Source: Eledone cirrhosa
Lineage: Eukaryota
Length of the DNA: 64,000 bases
NCBI GenBank assembly: GCA_964016885.1
Contig: OZ024742.1
Span: forward strand, 228,408,001 to 228,472,000
Direction of reading: 5' to 3'
The notes beneath the pieces are model-generated. The model searched no databases. It was given only the letters and a program-made list of their open reading frames with translations, and had not been told where the DNA came from. Every line of letters begins with the position of its first letter. Positions within the stretch are counted from its first letter, which is position 1. This document shows positions 13,050 to 25,500 of this stretch, piece after piece. The position numbers and the translations under genes are program-made.

Positions 13050-16000
13050 GATTTCATTTATTAGCCACAAGAGCCGACACGTAGGGGACAATACAAAAAC
13101 AGAGACAGTGGGGGTTTACAATAAGGTCGAGTAAAAGTGCACAATGGCAAGACTAATTTAACAATGAAGATATAAAAAATATAAAATAAACTATGCATAA
13201 ATATAACAAAATAAATTCCCCGATAGGGGGTGGACGACTCTGGGGTCATTCGGGTACCCCGACCAATCCTGAACCACCCTGCGCTTCTAGGGTACCCAGG
13301 GAGAGCACCCCTCTCCTCAAGTTAGCCAGCCTATAGGCGCATGGTCAGAGTAGGCCCATTCACACGAGCCATTATCGCCACATTCACCCACCTTTTAGCA
13401 AATGTACTGGGGGGGGGGGGGGCAGCACTTCTCTCTCCACCCTCACCCTCCTTTCCAGGTGAAACGTGAAGAAGTTGATGAGGGATTGGCCGAAGAGAAA
13501 AGTGTCTGTCTTTAGTCCTTTCAACCTGGTCCACCATATAATCTCTTTCGCAACTGCCACCAGACAGAGGAAAATTTCCTGCTCTTCCTGACCTAAGGAA
13601 GGTGGCGGCTCGATCTTCACTATGGACTCGGCCGATAGCCGGATTCGTTCCACACGCGACAGTAGCTGTTCGACATAACTCCACAAGTCAGTAATGCACG
13701 GACATTGGACAAGTGCGTGCAGAACGGTTTCGTCGTTCTGTGCGCATCTTGGTCAGGTTCGTCTGACAGCACTTCTGTGCCTGTAGAGTTTATCCCGAAC
13801 CGGCAGTGCCCCCCGGTAGCACTACCAAGCGAGGGATTTCTGGAAATTTTCCATCGTCCCTGGCTCGAAAGTCCTCCGGTACAGACTTGTCATTTCGACT
13901 TCGTCGAGGCCCAAAGCTTCTCCGAGTGCGTCATCGCACTTGCCCACCACTAATCCTTTATAGAACTCGAGAGTGGAAGTTCCACTGATCGCATTGCTCG
14001 CTTGGTAGAGAGCAGTGAGTGCCTGGCAACATTCCAGGTGCCAGTCACCCAGTCTCGGTCTCTTCTTGACCCAGGACTGCAGCTCAGTCAAAGAAATGAG
14101 CTGCGGAAAGGCCCGTCTGATAAAAGGCGACCACACCTGTTCACCGTTTAGGCAGAATATTTGGAGATGTCGCAGCCTCAACGCATGTCTGCGCATCATT
14201 AGCATCGGCATGCCCAGCCCTCCGCGTAGAGGGTGCTGGCAGCAGATGGACCGCCTCCCCAACGGAATTTGTCCCCTCCACAGAATTTGAAGAGGAGCCG
14301 TTCCAACTTGACGAGGCGCGGACGGGGGCAAGGCACGACGGTCAGGCGGTAGTAGATGACGGACGCGATGTACGCATTCGTCACTTCCGTGCGACCTTTC
14401 AGTGATAGCTTCCTCCCAGCCCAATTTTGGGTGAGACTGGCTACTGTGCTCGTTACCTCGTCCCAATTATTTTCCACCTGGAGGTCTGGTCCGAACCAAA
14501 CCCCAAGCAACTTTACCGGTCCGTCCGTCCAGCTCCCCACGACACTGTTGGACGGCATGGGCTTGCCTCTCCAGGTTCCGAGCTGCAAGCCCACCGACTT
14601 TTCCGGGTTAAGTTTGGCTCCTGTCAACCTTTCATATTCCTTCAATAAGGTGCCGACCACCTCGATTTCTGAGGTGTTCGACACCATCACAGTGATGTCG
14701 TCCGCATAAGCCGACACCGCCTTTCCACATCCCGGTTCGAGCGGGATGCCCTGCAACAGCTCCAGTTTCCGCAGTAAAGACTCGAGAGTCAATACTTACA
14801 GAAGGGAAGAGAATACGGACCGATCGGGAGAGCCGAAATGGTTCCGAGAGGTGGCCATTAACCTTGAACACCGAGCGTGTGCCGCTGTGCATTGCAGCGA
14901 TCCAGCTTCTGAAGACAAGGCCGAAGCCAGCTGCTTTAAGGACAAACTCCAGATACCGATGGTCGACCCTATCGAATGCTTTCGATTGATCTAAATTGAT
15001 TAGTGCCCCACCGAAGCCAGGTTTACACACTACCCTCTCTATGATGTATCGCATGAGGTGGAGATTGTCGTGTATGACCTGGCTGGGATTGCACAAGTTT
15101 GCGCCTCCCCAACGAAATCCTCAACGACAAGCGCCAATCTCTTTGCTAACACCTTGGCCAAAATCTTAAACTCTGTGTTGAGCAGAGTTATGGGCCTGAA
15201 GTTGTCTAATGTATCCCTCTTGTTCTCGTCTTTCCTTATCAGCGTCACCGCTCCCCTGCTCACAGAACTGGGAAAACTCCCATTCTGCTGCCAGTTGCAG
15301 TAGAGTGCTTCGAGGAGATCGGAGAACAAGTCTGGCATAGTTACGTAAAGCTTGTAGGGCAGGCCATCCAAACCGGATGACTTGCACCTTATGCAGCCGA
15401 CAAGGGCGTCCTGAATTTCGGCTGAAGTAATCGGCCTTTCGCAGCGCTCAGCTTCGACCGTCGAGATGCGCCGCAAGCCGTCAAGGTAGGGACTGAAATC
15501 CGCTACTCTCTCTGACTCGCCACTCTCCCCGAACAACCGAGCAAAGTGCTGGCGAAAGGCCTCACACATCCGCTTGGAATCGTATATCTCGTGCCCGTCT
15601 CGGTCTGCCAAAGACCGAATTGTGGTTTTATTACCACACTGCGCCTCCGTCACGCGGGCCCATCGAACAGATTTGGTTCCCTCGTTTCTCAGCGCACGTG
15701 CCTTAGCTCTGACAATGCAACCTTCGTGTTTCGCATTGAAGAAATGGTTTAATACCATTCTTGCCGCTAGCACGTCAGTTGCAATGCCACTACAAATAGC
15801 CTCGTCTAACTTATCTACCAGCTCACCCTCCTTTCTATTTTTCTCTAACGCTAGTTCTTTGCTGAACTCTATTGAAGTTACTCTAATCTCTCTTTTGAGA
15901 GCCCCCACCATCTGTTGTTGATGATCCCTCTGTCAAATTTTGCTTAACTAAATTGTTGACTCGGTCCCTGTAAGCCTTACGTGCCGGAAATGATATGTTC

Positions 16001-16445
16001 AGCTTCCAGTAACCGGGTCCCAACCTACGAGTTTTATCTAGGTCGACCATACAGATCACAAATTTGTGATCTGTATTTTAAAAAGTGGGCAGCCTACACT
16101 ATTTCTATCTATTTTCCTAATGAAGATCCTGTCTATATACGATCTAGATGACTCCATTCGGTTGGTCCATGTCCATACTGGCACATTGGGGAAATCTAGT
16201 CGATACCTGTCAGACAGTTGGAACTGGCTGAGTAGGTGCTTGAGGCTTTTGCACCCCCTGCTCCTATCAGCTACTCCCACACAATACCAGCGTGTGTCTA
16301 AGATGCATTTCAGTCCCCCCCCCCTAACAGTAAAGGGCGAGACGTACCCAGAAAGGTCTCCAGGCGCCTAAAGAAGTCCGGTTGTCCGGCCCCTGTAGGG
16401 GCGTAGACGGCCAGCAGTCTAAAGCCACCACCTTCGCTACTGCTA
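13050..16445 (-). mobile_element. Tx1-clade LINE copy B, 5'-truncated within the APE domain
   Basis: Fragmented ORF2 containing AVYAPT, FRPITLLN, LDQSKAFDRVDH, AYADD and GGLG. Ends CTTGTGGCTAATAAATGAAATCA followed by (TTA)n; (TTA)n also flanks the 5' junction. Confidence 0.92.
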
Positions 16446-16501
<56 letters not shown>

Positions 16502-16749
16502 TTTCTTTATTAACCACAAGGGCTTACATAAAGTAGACATTAAGGACAGTGCAGGACAATACAGGACGGTACAAATAGGCATTTCTGCGTGTAAAAAACA
16601 AAAACAGAGGATGTAACAAAAAATAACAATGAAAAATTCCCCAATAGGAGGGAGACTTCGGAGGGACATTTGTGGAGAAAGCCCAGTAAAAGTCCACAAT
16701 GACCCTGACCACCAAGGCAAGTGCCCTCTCCCAGTTTTCCACCTTTAAT

Positions 16750-19700
16750 TTACAGACACATACTCAGAGAAGGCCCATTCATTCGGGCCATACTTGCTTC
16801 TCTCACCCATCTTTCAACAAAATGCTGGGAAGAGAGCACTTCCCTCTCTACCCTGATTTTCCTTTTCAAATGAAATTTGAAAAAGTTAATCAGGGCATCA
16901 CCGAAGAGGTAAGTGCTCGTCTTCAGCCCTTTCAAACGTGTCCACCATACTATCTCTTTCGCCATGGCTACCAGACAGATAAAAACTGCCCACCCTTCCC
17001 GGCTAAAGGAAGAGGGCGGCGCAATCCTCACGATGGACTCAGCTGATAGCTGGATCCGTCCTACACGTGACAGCAGGTGTTCGACATAAACCCACAAGTC
17101 AGCAATGCTCGGACACTGGACGAGTGCGTGCAGGACGGTTTCGTCGCCCTGTGCGCATCTCGGACATGCCCGGCTGACGGCACTTCCATGCCTGTAGAGT
17201 TTATCCCGAACTGGCAAAGCTCCCCGGTAGCACTGCCAGGCCAGGGATTTCTGGAAGTTGTCCATAGGTCCCGGCCCGAAAGTCCTTCCGAAGAGATTGG
17301 CTAGTTGATTTTCGTCGACGCCTAGAGTTTCTCAAAGTACGTCGTCGCTCTTACCCTCCACTAATCCCCTATAGAACGCCAAGGTGGAGTTTCCACCGAT
17401 CACATTGCCTGATTGGTCGAGGGCTGTGAGCGCCTGAAGACATTCCAGTCTCCAAGCGCTCCCTCTCGGTCTTCGCTTGACCCAGGACTGCAGCTCCGTC
17501 AAGGAGACGAGCTGGGGAAAAACGTGTCTAGCAAACGGCGACCACACCTGATCACCGTCGAGGAAGAGGTGGAGATGTCGTAGCCTAAGCGCGTGTCTGC
17601 GCATCATCAGCCACGGCATGCCCAGCCCTCCACGTAGCGGGTGTTGACAGCAGATGGACCGCCTGACCATCGGAAAGCGTCCCTTTCACAAGAAGCGAAA
17701 GAGTAAACGCTCCAGCGCAGTCAGGAGGGGCTTAGGACAAGGTACGACGGTCAGGCGGTAGTAGATGACGGTCGCGATGTACGCGTTAGCCACCTCCGCT
17801 CGACCTTTCAGGGATAGCTTCCTCTCGGCCCATTTCTGGGTGAGAGAAGCCGCCCTGCTCGTCACCTCGTCCCAGTTTTTGTCCGTCTGGAGGTCTGGAC
17901 CGAACCAGACCCCTAGCAATTTAACCGGTCCGTCCGTCCAGCGCCCGACGACGCTGTTGGACGGCATGGACCTGCCTCTCCAGGTGCCGAGCTGCAGGCC
18001 CACTGACTTTTCCTGGTTGATCATTGCTCCTGTCACCGCTTCGTATTCTCTTAGTGTAGTGCCGATCGCCTCGATGTGTTTAGCGTTCGACACCACTACG
18101 GTGACACCGTCCGCATATGCTAACACGGATCTTCCGCATCCTAGTTCGCGCGGGACCCTCCTCAACGTCTCCAGTTTGTGCAGTAATGGCTCGAGAGTCA
18201 ATACGTACAATAGGGACAAGAGGGGACATCCTTGGCGGACCGAGCGCATGATGTTGAACGGTTCCGAAAGGTGACTGTTCACTCTCACTACAGAGCAGAT
18301 GTCGCTGTGCATGGCAGCGATCCAGCCTCTGAAGACGGGCCCAAAGCCAGCCGCCCTCAGGACTGCCGCTAGGTAACGATGGTCGACCCTATCGAAGGCT
18401 TTCGACTGATCTAAATTGATCAAAGACCCACCCGTGCCAGGTTCCCTAGCTACCCTCTCTACGATGTATCGCATGAGGTGGAGGTTGTCGTGGATGGATC
18501 TGTCGGGAATGGCGCATGTTTGTGCCTCTCCCACCAGACCACCAACGACAAGCGCCAACCTCTTTGCTAGCACCTTGGCCAAAATCTGTGTTTAGCAGAG
18601 TTATGGGCCTAAAATTATCTATGTTATCCCCCTTGTTCGGATCCTTTCTCAGCAGCGCCACCGCTCCTCGGCTCACAGAGCTGGGAATTCTCCCGTTCTG
18701 TTGCCAGTTGCAGTAGACGTCCGCCAAGAGGCCTCCAAACAAGTCTGGCATTTGTACGTAAAGTTCATAGGGCAGACCATCTAAACCAGGCGATTTACCC
18801 CTTGTGCATCCAGTCATTGCCTCCCGTACTTCAGCGGTTGTTATGGGCTTTTCGCAACACTCCGCCTCAGTGGCCGAAAGCCGCGGCAGTCCGTCGAGGT
18901 AGACACTAAAGTCCATCTCTCGATCCGGCCCGCCACTGCCCCCGAACAGTTGAGCGAAGTGTCGCTGAAAAGCTTCACACATTTTCCCGGGATCGAGTAG
19001 CATGCGCCCGTCGTGGTCCACCAAAGACCGGATCGTGGCTTTATTGCCACGACGCGCCTCCGCCACTCGGGCCCATTGAACGGCTTTCGTCCCCTCGTGT
19101 CTGAGAGCACGCACCCTAGCTCTGACAACGCAGCCTTCGTGCTTTGCATTGAAGAATTGGTCAAGGGCCAATTTCGCCGCAAGTACGTCGGTCGCGATGC
19201 CTTTGCTAAGCGCCTCGTCTAATTTTCTAACTAATTCTCCCTCTGCTCTATTTTTCTCTATTGCTAAAGCCTTACTAAACCTAATGGATTCTATTCTAAT
19301 CGCTCTTTTCAGAGCAAACCACCACTTGTTGTTGACGATGGCCCCTGTCAACTCCCGCTTAACTAGTTCGCTAATCCGGTCTCTGTAGGCCTTGCGCGCT
19401 GGCAAGGACGCGTTTAGCTTCCAGTAGCCGGGTCCTCGTCTATGAAGCCTATCTAAGTCAAGCACACAGATCACGAATTTGTGGTCCGTGTAGTTGACTA
19501 TCTTGAATTGTGGACAGCCTATGCTAGACCTATCTATTTCCCTACAAAATACTCTATCTAGATATGATCTGGATGACCCTATGCGATTTGTCCAAGTCCA
19601 CATTGGCACATTCGGGAAATCCAATCGGTACCTGTCAGACAGTTCAAAACGCCTGAGCAGGTTGGTGAGGCTCTTGCACCCTCCACCCCTATCCGCTAAT

Positions 19701-20161
19701 CCCACACAGTCCCAGCGTGCATCTAAGATCCCGTTCCAGTCGCCCACTAACACTAAAGAGCGGGACGTTCCAAGAAAGGTCTCCAGACGCCGGAAGAAAT
19801 CAGGCCGCCCTGCTCCTGTCGGGGCATAGACGGCCACTAGCCTGAAAGCTTGCCCGTCTCCGCTGGTCACGTCCAGCACCACCAACTTACCCTCTGGGTC
19901 CAGGAAGATGGCCCGTATGGCGAGATCCAAACCTCTCCGAAAAAGCACAGCAACTCCTCTCCCCGATCCAGGACGGCTGGGAGATGCGTACACATCGTAG
20001 CCGCCGAAAATCGGTGCGAAGGCCCGTGCTTCGGAGATTCTGGTCTCGCTGATGGCCACTACATCTATGTTTAGTGACCTGAGGTCGTTGAGCAGGTGAC
20101 CCTGCTTCCATGACGACCCCAAGCCACGCGCATTTATGCTGCCTATTCTGAGTGAGGTCAT
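16750..20161 (-). pseudogene. Tx1 ORF2 (APE endonuclease-reverse transcriptase), disrupted
   Basis: Motifs SINARGL, SETR, GDWN, SYLDRVF, TDHK, SVRQGCP, YADG and CPRCAQGDETVLHALVQC. Frameshift near 18585; in-frame stops at 17686 and 17332. Confidence 0.9.
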
Positions 20162-20280
20162 GTTTAAAATAGAGTGGAAAAGATGGGAAAGACCACTTAC
20201 CGTACTTTTCGTAGAGGAGGGATGGTTTTTCCATCCCTTTTCACTTGATCGTCTGGTGAAGGGACCGTTGAATCGTCCCT

Positions 20281-22359
20281 TTAGCTGGTTGTCGGCTCTT
20301 CTATGAGTATGTCCGAATATACTCTTCGATTCAGAGTCCCTCCTAGGTCTCTGAAATCACCAACTGCGTTGGGGAATTTCGTTTTAATGTTTGTGTATTG
20401 TTTCTGTGCTATTTTTAGCAGTCTTATGTTAGTTGGCGTTTTGATTGGTGCTGGTATTATGTAGTTGTGTTGTGAAATGTCTGTGTGTTCAATTATGTAA
20501 GTCATTAGTTTCTTGTTGTGTGTATTTATTGCTGTGCATTTGTTTTTCTGGGGGTGGGGTGTGGTTCTGCTATTTTCTTGTCGTTGTTGCTGGGTGTGTG
20601 TGTTTTGTTGTTGTGTTTGCGATGTTGGTGCTTGTGGTGGTGGTGTTGAAGGTGTTGTTGGCGGTGGGGTTGTCGCCGGTGGTGATGGGGGTGCTAGTGT
20701 GGGTGGTGATGATGTTAGTGGTGTTGCTGCTGTGAGTCTCTTTGCAGTAGACTTTACCCTTTTTTCATTTCTTTCCTCCCTTTTCAAAGGCGACGATGCG
20801 CTGCTTCTGCGTTTGTGCCTTCTTACGACCTTTTGCCATCCCTCTCCCACCTCACACTCCATGTCTGATTCTGTGAGGTCGGGGAGGGGTACCAGCTCCA
20901 CTCTTTTACTTGTTGTTGTTGGTGATGTTTGCAATGGAGTCTCTGTTGCAGCTGCATTTGGTATTGCTGTTGTTGTTGTTAATACTTCCACTGCTGCTGC
21001 TGTTTTTGATTTTCGTGGCGTGGGTATGGGTGCCACGGACCTATCGTTCCTGGTTGCCGCTTGTCCTGTTGCTGGTAGCCGTGGAGCCGGTTTCGGAAGG
21101 AGGGGGGTTTTCTCCTTTCTCAGGGTCTTCTCGTTGCAGAAGGCCCTGAGGTGAGTCTTCGATCCACAGCGAAAGCATTTCGGGCGTTTGCCCTCAACAC
21201 TTATGGGCAGTTGAGTGCCGTTATCGAAGTCTATCACACCCGGGATAGCTTCGATGCACTCCTGGTTGGTTTGGATTAACATCTCAATGGAGGTGCCGAC
21301 CCAATCTTCTCTTACTTTTTCTGTACTTGCAGTACAGTTGTTTTGTCCTCGATTCCGACGAGGACAGACGCGGCCAGCCAAGAAGGGGGCCATCCTGGGG
21401 GGGGGGGGGGTCAGTTTGACCCTCACAATTGTTTGCCCGCAGTAGGAGGGCACCAACACCATTTCCTCGCTCCTTAGGGTCACTAAGGATTGAGCCTTTG
21501 CCTCCTGGGGTGTGGCAAAAAGTACGTCTACGGTGGCATATTTCTTGCCTCGGGTGATGTGCGTTTTCCGCTGCCACACAGACCCCAAGGCTTTTTGTAT
21601 TTGAGCCTCTGTGGCTCTTTCAACCCTACGGGATTTTGTACTTACTGTACGGTACGTGACCGTACAGTGCTGTTGGGTTTCGAAAAATTTTTCCGCTGCC
21701 TTGCAGATTGCTCGGTGTCCAGTTTTTGTCACCATCTTCTTCGCTTCCTCTACTTCCTCATTTGTTATGAGGATGGTTTCCAGGTTCTTTGCGATACCTG
21801 CAAACGAGATTGGTTTTTCTTTGCTGCTGTTGTTGTTGTTGTTGTTGTCGTCAGAGCTGCTGTTACTTTTGTTGTTGCTGCAGGTACTACGACTACTGCC
21901 GCTGTTGCTGTGGTTGTTGTTGTTGTTGCTGCTGCTAATGCTGTTGTTGTTTATGCTGCAGCTGATGCTGTTGCGGCTGCTACTGTTGTTTTCATTGTCA
22001 CTGTTGCTGTTGTTATTACGGCTGCTACTGCTATTATTCCTGACGTCAGACGAATGAAATAGGTTTTCATATTTCCCGCACACCTGTTTCGTCGTTGTCG
22101 TCGTCGTTGTAGAGAAATCTTGCACGCTTTGCACGAGACTTTTCTTTTCTGTCATCGCTTGCGAAAGAGAAGGGAGGGAGAGAGACACATTTACAGAAGG
22201 GATGGAGAGAGACACATTTAAAGAAGGGAGGGAGAGAGACAATCTTCTCTCTGCTGTAGCGACGATTGAGGAAGAAGAAGACGGAATGAGTGGGAGTGAC
22301 CTATGAAAATTCTTTTTTGTAGCCATGTTGTTTTTTTGTTTAAAATAAATATTGGGCAC
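20281..22359 (-). CDS. Tx1 ORF1 (gag-like, CCHC knuckle, Ser/Asn-rich tract)
   Basis: 692-aa open frame with a CFRCGSKTHLRAFC knuckle. A short stretch after the poly-G appears frameshifted and then compensated relative to copy E. The true start is probably MATKK at ~22326. Confidence 0.8.
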   Translation of the reverse strand: MPNIYFKQKNNMATKKNFHRSLPLIPSSSSSIVATAERRLSLSLPSLNVSLSIPSVNVSLSLPSLSQAMTEKKSLVQSVQDFSTTTTTTTKQVCGKYENLFHSSDVRNNSSSSRNNNSNSDNENNSSSRNSISCSINNNSISSSNNNNNHSNSGSSRSTCSNNKSNSSSDDNNNNNNSSKEKPISFAGIAKNLETILITNEEVEEAKKMVTKTGHRAICKAAEKFFETQQHCTVTYRTVSTKSRRVERATEAQIQKALGSVWQRKTHITRGKKYATVDVLFATPQEAKAQSLVTLRSEEMVLVPSYCGQTIVRVKLTPPPPRMAPFLAGRVCPRRNRGQNNCTASTEKVREDWVGTSIEMLIQTNQECIEAIPGVIDFDNGTQLPISVEGKRPKCFRCGSKTHLRAFCNEKTLRKEKTPLLPKPAPRLPATGQAATRNDRSVAPIPTPRKSKTAAAVEVLTTTTAIPNAAATETPLQTSPTTTSKRVELVPLPDLTESDMECEVGEGWQKVVRRHKRRSSASSPLKREERNEKRVKSTAKRLTAATPLTSSPPTLAPPSPPATTPPPTTPSTPPPQAPTSQTQQQNTHTQQQRQENSRTTPHPQKNKCTAINTHNKKLMTYIIEHTDISQHNYIIPAPIKTPTNIRLLKIAQKQYTNIKTKFPNAVGDFRDLGGTLNRRVYSDILIEEPTTS

Positions 22360-22559
22360 AAAACCCCAATAAGCAGTTATTCAACCCCGAAGGGCCAAAT
22401 AACGGACAGAAAGACGCCTCTCACGAGGAGGAGGGTGCTTTTGTCCACAAGTTGGTCAAAGTTTTAAACAATTTACAATTGTTATAGCGGTCAAAATCTA
22501 CAATACCTTACAGAGCCGAGCCTCCGTCAACCATAGCATTCAATAATAATAATAATAAT

Positions 22560-25500
22560 GATTTCTTTATTGGCCACAAGGGCTGACATCAAGAAAAAAC
22601 ATTACAGACGGCACAGGACGGTACAGGACGGTACGATGTGGGTTTTGTGCGTGTAAATATTTTTATTATTTATATAAGAAAAAAGGCATAGTGACGTCCC
22701 TTTACGATCTGAGTTCAAATCCCGCCGAGGTTGACTTTGCCTTTCATCCTTACGGGGTCGATAAAATAAAGTACCAGTAATGCACTGGGTTATTGCTGGC
22801 CTTGTGCCTAAAGTAGAAACAATTATTTATATAAGAAAAGAAAAAAAGACATAGAAGCATAAATATAAAAGCAATAAAAATGAAAAATTCCCCAATAGGG
22901 GGGAAATCTCCGAGGGTTACTCGTGGCGAAAACCACACAAAAGACCACGGCCACCCTGACCACCAGGGCAAGCGCCCTCTCTCAATTTTTCCATTTCTCA
23001 AACTACAGACGTATATTCAGAGCGGTCCCGTTCACTCGGACCATTCTCGCTACATTCACCCACCTTTCAACAGACTTGCTAGAAAGCAGCACTTGCCACT
23101 CCACCCTGATTTCCCTCTTCAAGTGAAACTTGAAAAAGTTAATTAGGGATTCGCCGAGGAAAGTGTCTGTCTTTAACCCTTTCAACCTTGTCCACCACAC
23201 AATCTCTTTCGCCATGGCCACCAGGCAGATGAAAACCGCCTGCCCTTCCTCCTCGAAGGAAGACGGCGAGACCATCTGCACAATGGACTCGATAACCAGA
23301 TCAGTCCTACACGCGACAGCAACTATTCGACATAGCTCCACAAGTCAGCAATGCTCAGGCACTGAACGAGTGCGTGCACGACGGTTTCGTCGCTCTGCGC
23401 GCATCTCGACAGGCTCGGCTGACGGCACTCCCGTGCCTGTAGAGCTTATCTCGAACCGGCAGCGCTCCCCGGTAGCACTGCCAGGCCAGGGATTTTTGGA
23501 AGTTATCCATAGGCCCTGGGCGGAAAGTTCTCCGGAAGAGAACAAACAGCTGATTTTCTTCGACGCCCAGGATCTCTCCAAGAACGTCGTCGCTCTTCCC
23601 CTCCACTAGTCCTCTATAGAACGCCGAGGTGGATGTTCCACCGATACTGGTGCCCAGCTGGCAGAGGGCAGTGAGCGCCTGGAGACATTCCAGTTTCCAA
23701 GCGCTATCCCTCGGTCTTTTTCTGACCCAGGTCTGCAGCTCCGTCAAGGAGACGAGCTGTGGGAAAACGTGCCTGGCGAACGGCGACCACACCTTTTCAC
23801 CGTCAAGGAAGCACCAGAGATGTCGCAACCTCAGCGCATGTTTGCGCATCATTAGCCATGTCATGCCCAGTCCTCCACGCAACGGGTGTTGACAGCAGAT
23901 GGATCGTCTGACCATGGGAGCGCGTCCGTTCCACAAAAAGTGGAAGAGGAGGCGCTCCATTTTGGTGAGAGTTTGGCCGGGGCAAGGGACGACGATGAGG
24001 CGGTAGCAGATGACGGATGCGATGTACGCATTCGCCACCTCCGCCCGGGCTTTCAGGGACAGCTTCCTCTCGGCCCATTTCTGGGTGAGAGAGGCCACCT
24101 TGCTCGTCACCTCGTTCCAGTTTTTCTCCATCTGGAGGTCCGGTCCGAACCAGACCCCGAGCAATTTAACCGGTCCATCCGTCCAACGCCCACGACGCTC
24201 TCGGACGGCATAGACTTGCCTCTCCAGGTGCCGAGCTTCAAGCCTACCGACTTTTCCTGGTTTATCTTTGCTCCTGTCACCGCTTCCTATTCTTTGAGAG
24301 CGGTGCCGAGCATATGGACGTGTCTGGTGCTCGACACCACCATGGTGACGTCGTCGGCGTAAGCCGACTCGGATTTCCCGCATCCTAGTTCGCGTGGAAC
24401 GCCCCTCATCGCCCCCAGTTTGTGCAGTAACGGCTTGAGAGCCAATACGTACAAGAGGGACGAGAGGGGACAACCCTGGCGGACTGAGCGCATGATGCTG
24501 AACGGCTGCAACAGGTGACCGCTCACCCTCACAACTGAGCAGATGTCGCTGTCATCGCAGCGATCCAACCCCTGAAAACGGGCCCGAAACCGGCTGTCTC
24601 GAGGACCGCCGCCAGGTACCGATGGTCGACCCTATCAAATGCTTTGGATTGATCCAAGTTGATCAGGGCCCCACCCGTGCCAGGTTCCTTAACCACCCTC
24701 TCTATGATGTATCGCATGAGGTGGAGGTTGTGTATGGATCTGTCCGGAATGGCGCAAGTCTGCACCTCTCCCACCAGACACTTGACGACAAGCGCCAACC
24801 TCGTTGTAACACCTTGGCCAAAATCTTGAACTCTGCGTTTAGCAGGGTTATGGGCCTGAAATTATCGATAACATACCCCTTGTTCGGGTCTTTTCTCAGC
24901 AGCGCCACCGCTCCCCAGCTCACAAAACTGGGAATGCTTCCGTTCTGTTGCCAGTTGCAGTAGACATCTGCCAAGAGGTCACCGAACAAGTGTGGTATAA
25001 ATGCATAAATCTCGTAGGGCAGACCATCCAAACCTGGCGATTTACCCCTCGTGCAGTTAGCCATTGCTTCCCGTATTTCACCGGCTGTTTTTGGCTTTTC
25101 GCAACACTGTGCTGCGGTCGTCGAGAGCCGAGGCAGTCCGTCGAGGTATGTACTGAAGTCCATGCTCCGATCCGGGCCGCCGCTGCTCCCGAACAGTTCA
25201 GCAAAGTGCTGCTGAAAAGCTTCACACATCTGCTTGGGTTCGAGCAACACGCACCCGTTTTGGCCAGACAAAGACCGAATTGAGGCTTTGTTGCCACGTC
25301 GCGTCTCTGCCACCCGGGCCCATTGGACGGCTTTTGTCCCCTCGTGTTTCAGAGCACGCGCTCTAGCTCTGACAACGCAGCCTTCGTGTTTTGCGTTGAA
25401 GAATTGGTCGAGTGCCAATCTCGCCGCAAGCACGTCGGTTGCGATGCCTGTCCCAAACGCCTCTTCTAGCTTTCTGACTAGCTCTCCCTCTACTCTATTT

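Larger units (their letters stand above)
16500..22541 (-). mobile_element. Tx1-clade LINE copy C, full length (~6.0 kb), ORF2 disrupted
   Basis: Contains a 5'UTR, ORF1, ORF2 (APE, RT, C-terminal CxxC..H..C) and a 3' end CCCTTGTGGTTAATAAAGAAATCA. (TTA)n flanks both ends. Confidence 0.95.

Noticed and set aside
22490-22541. Spliced-leader or snRNA-like 5' end of Tx1 (AG|GTA plus GATTTTGA Sm-like site)
   Set aside because: The Sm-like motif is not conserved in A or E (AATTTTTAA), the donor is altered in E, and there is no recognisable snRNA match.
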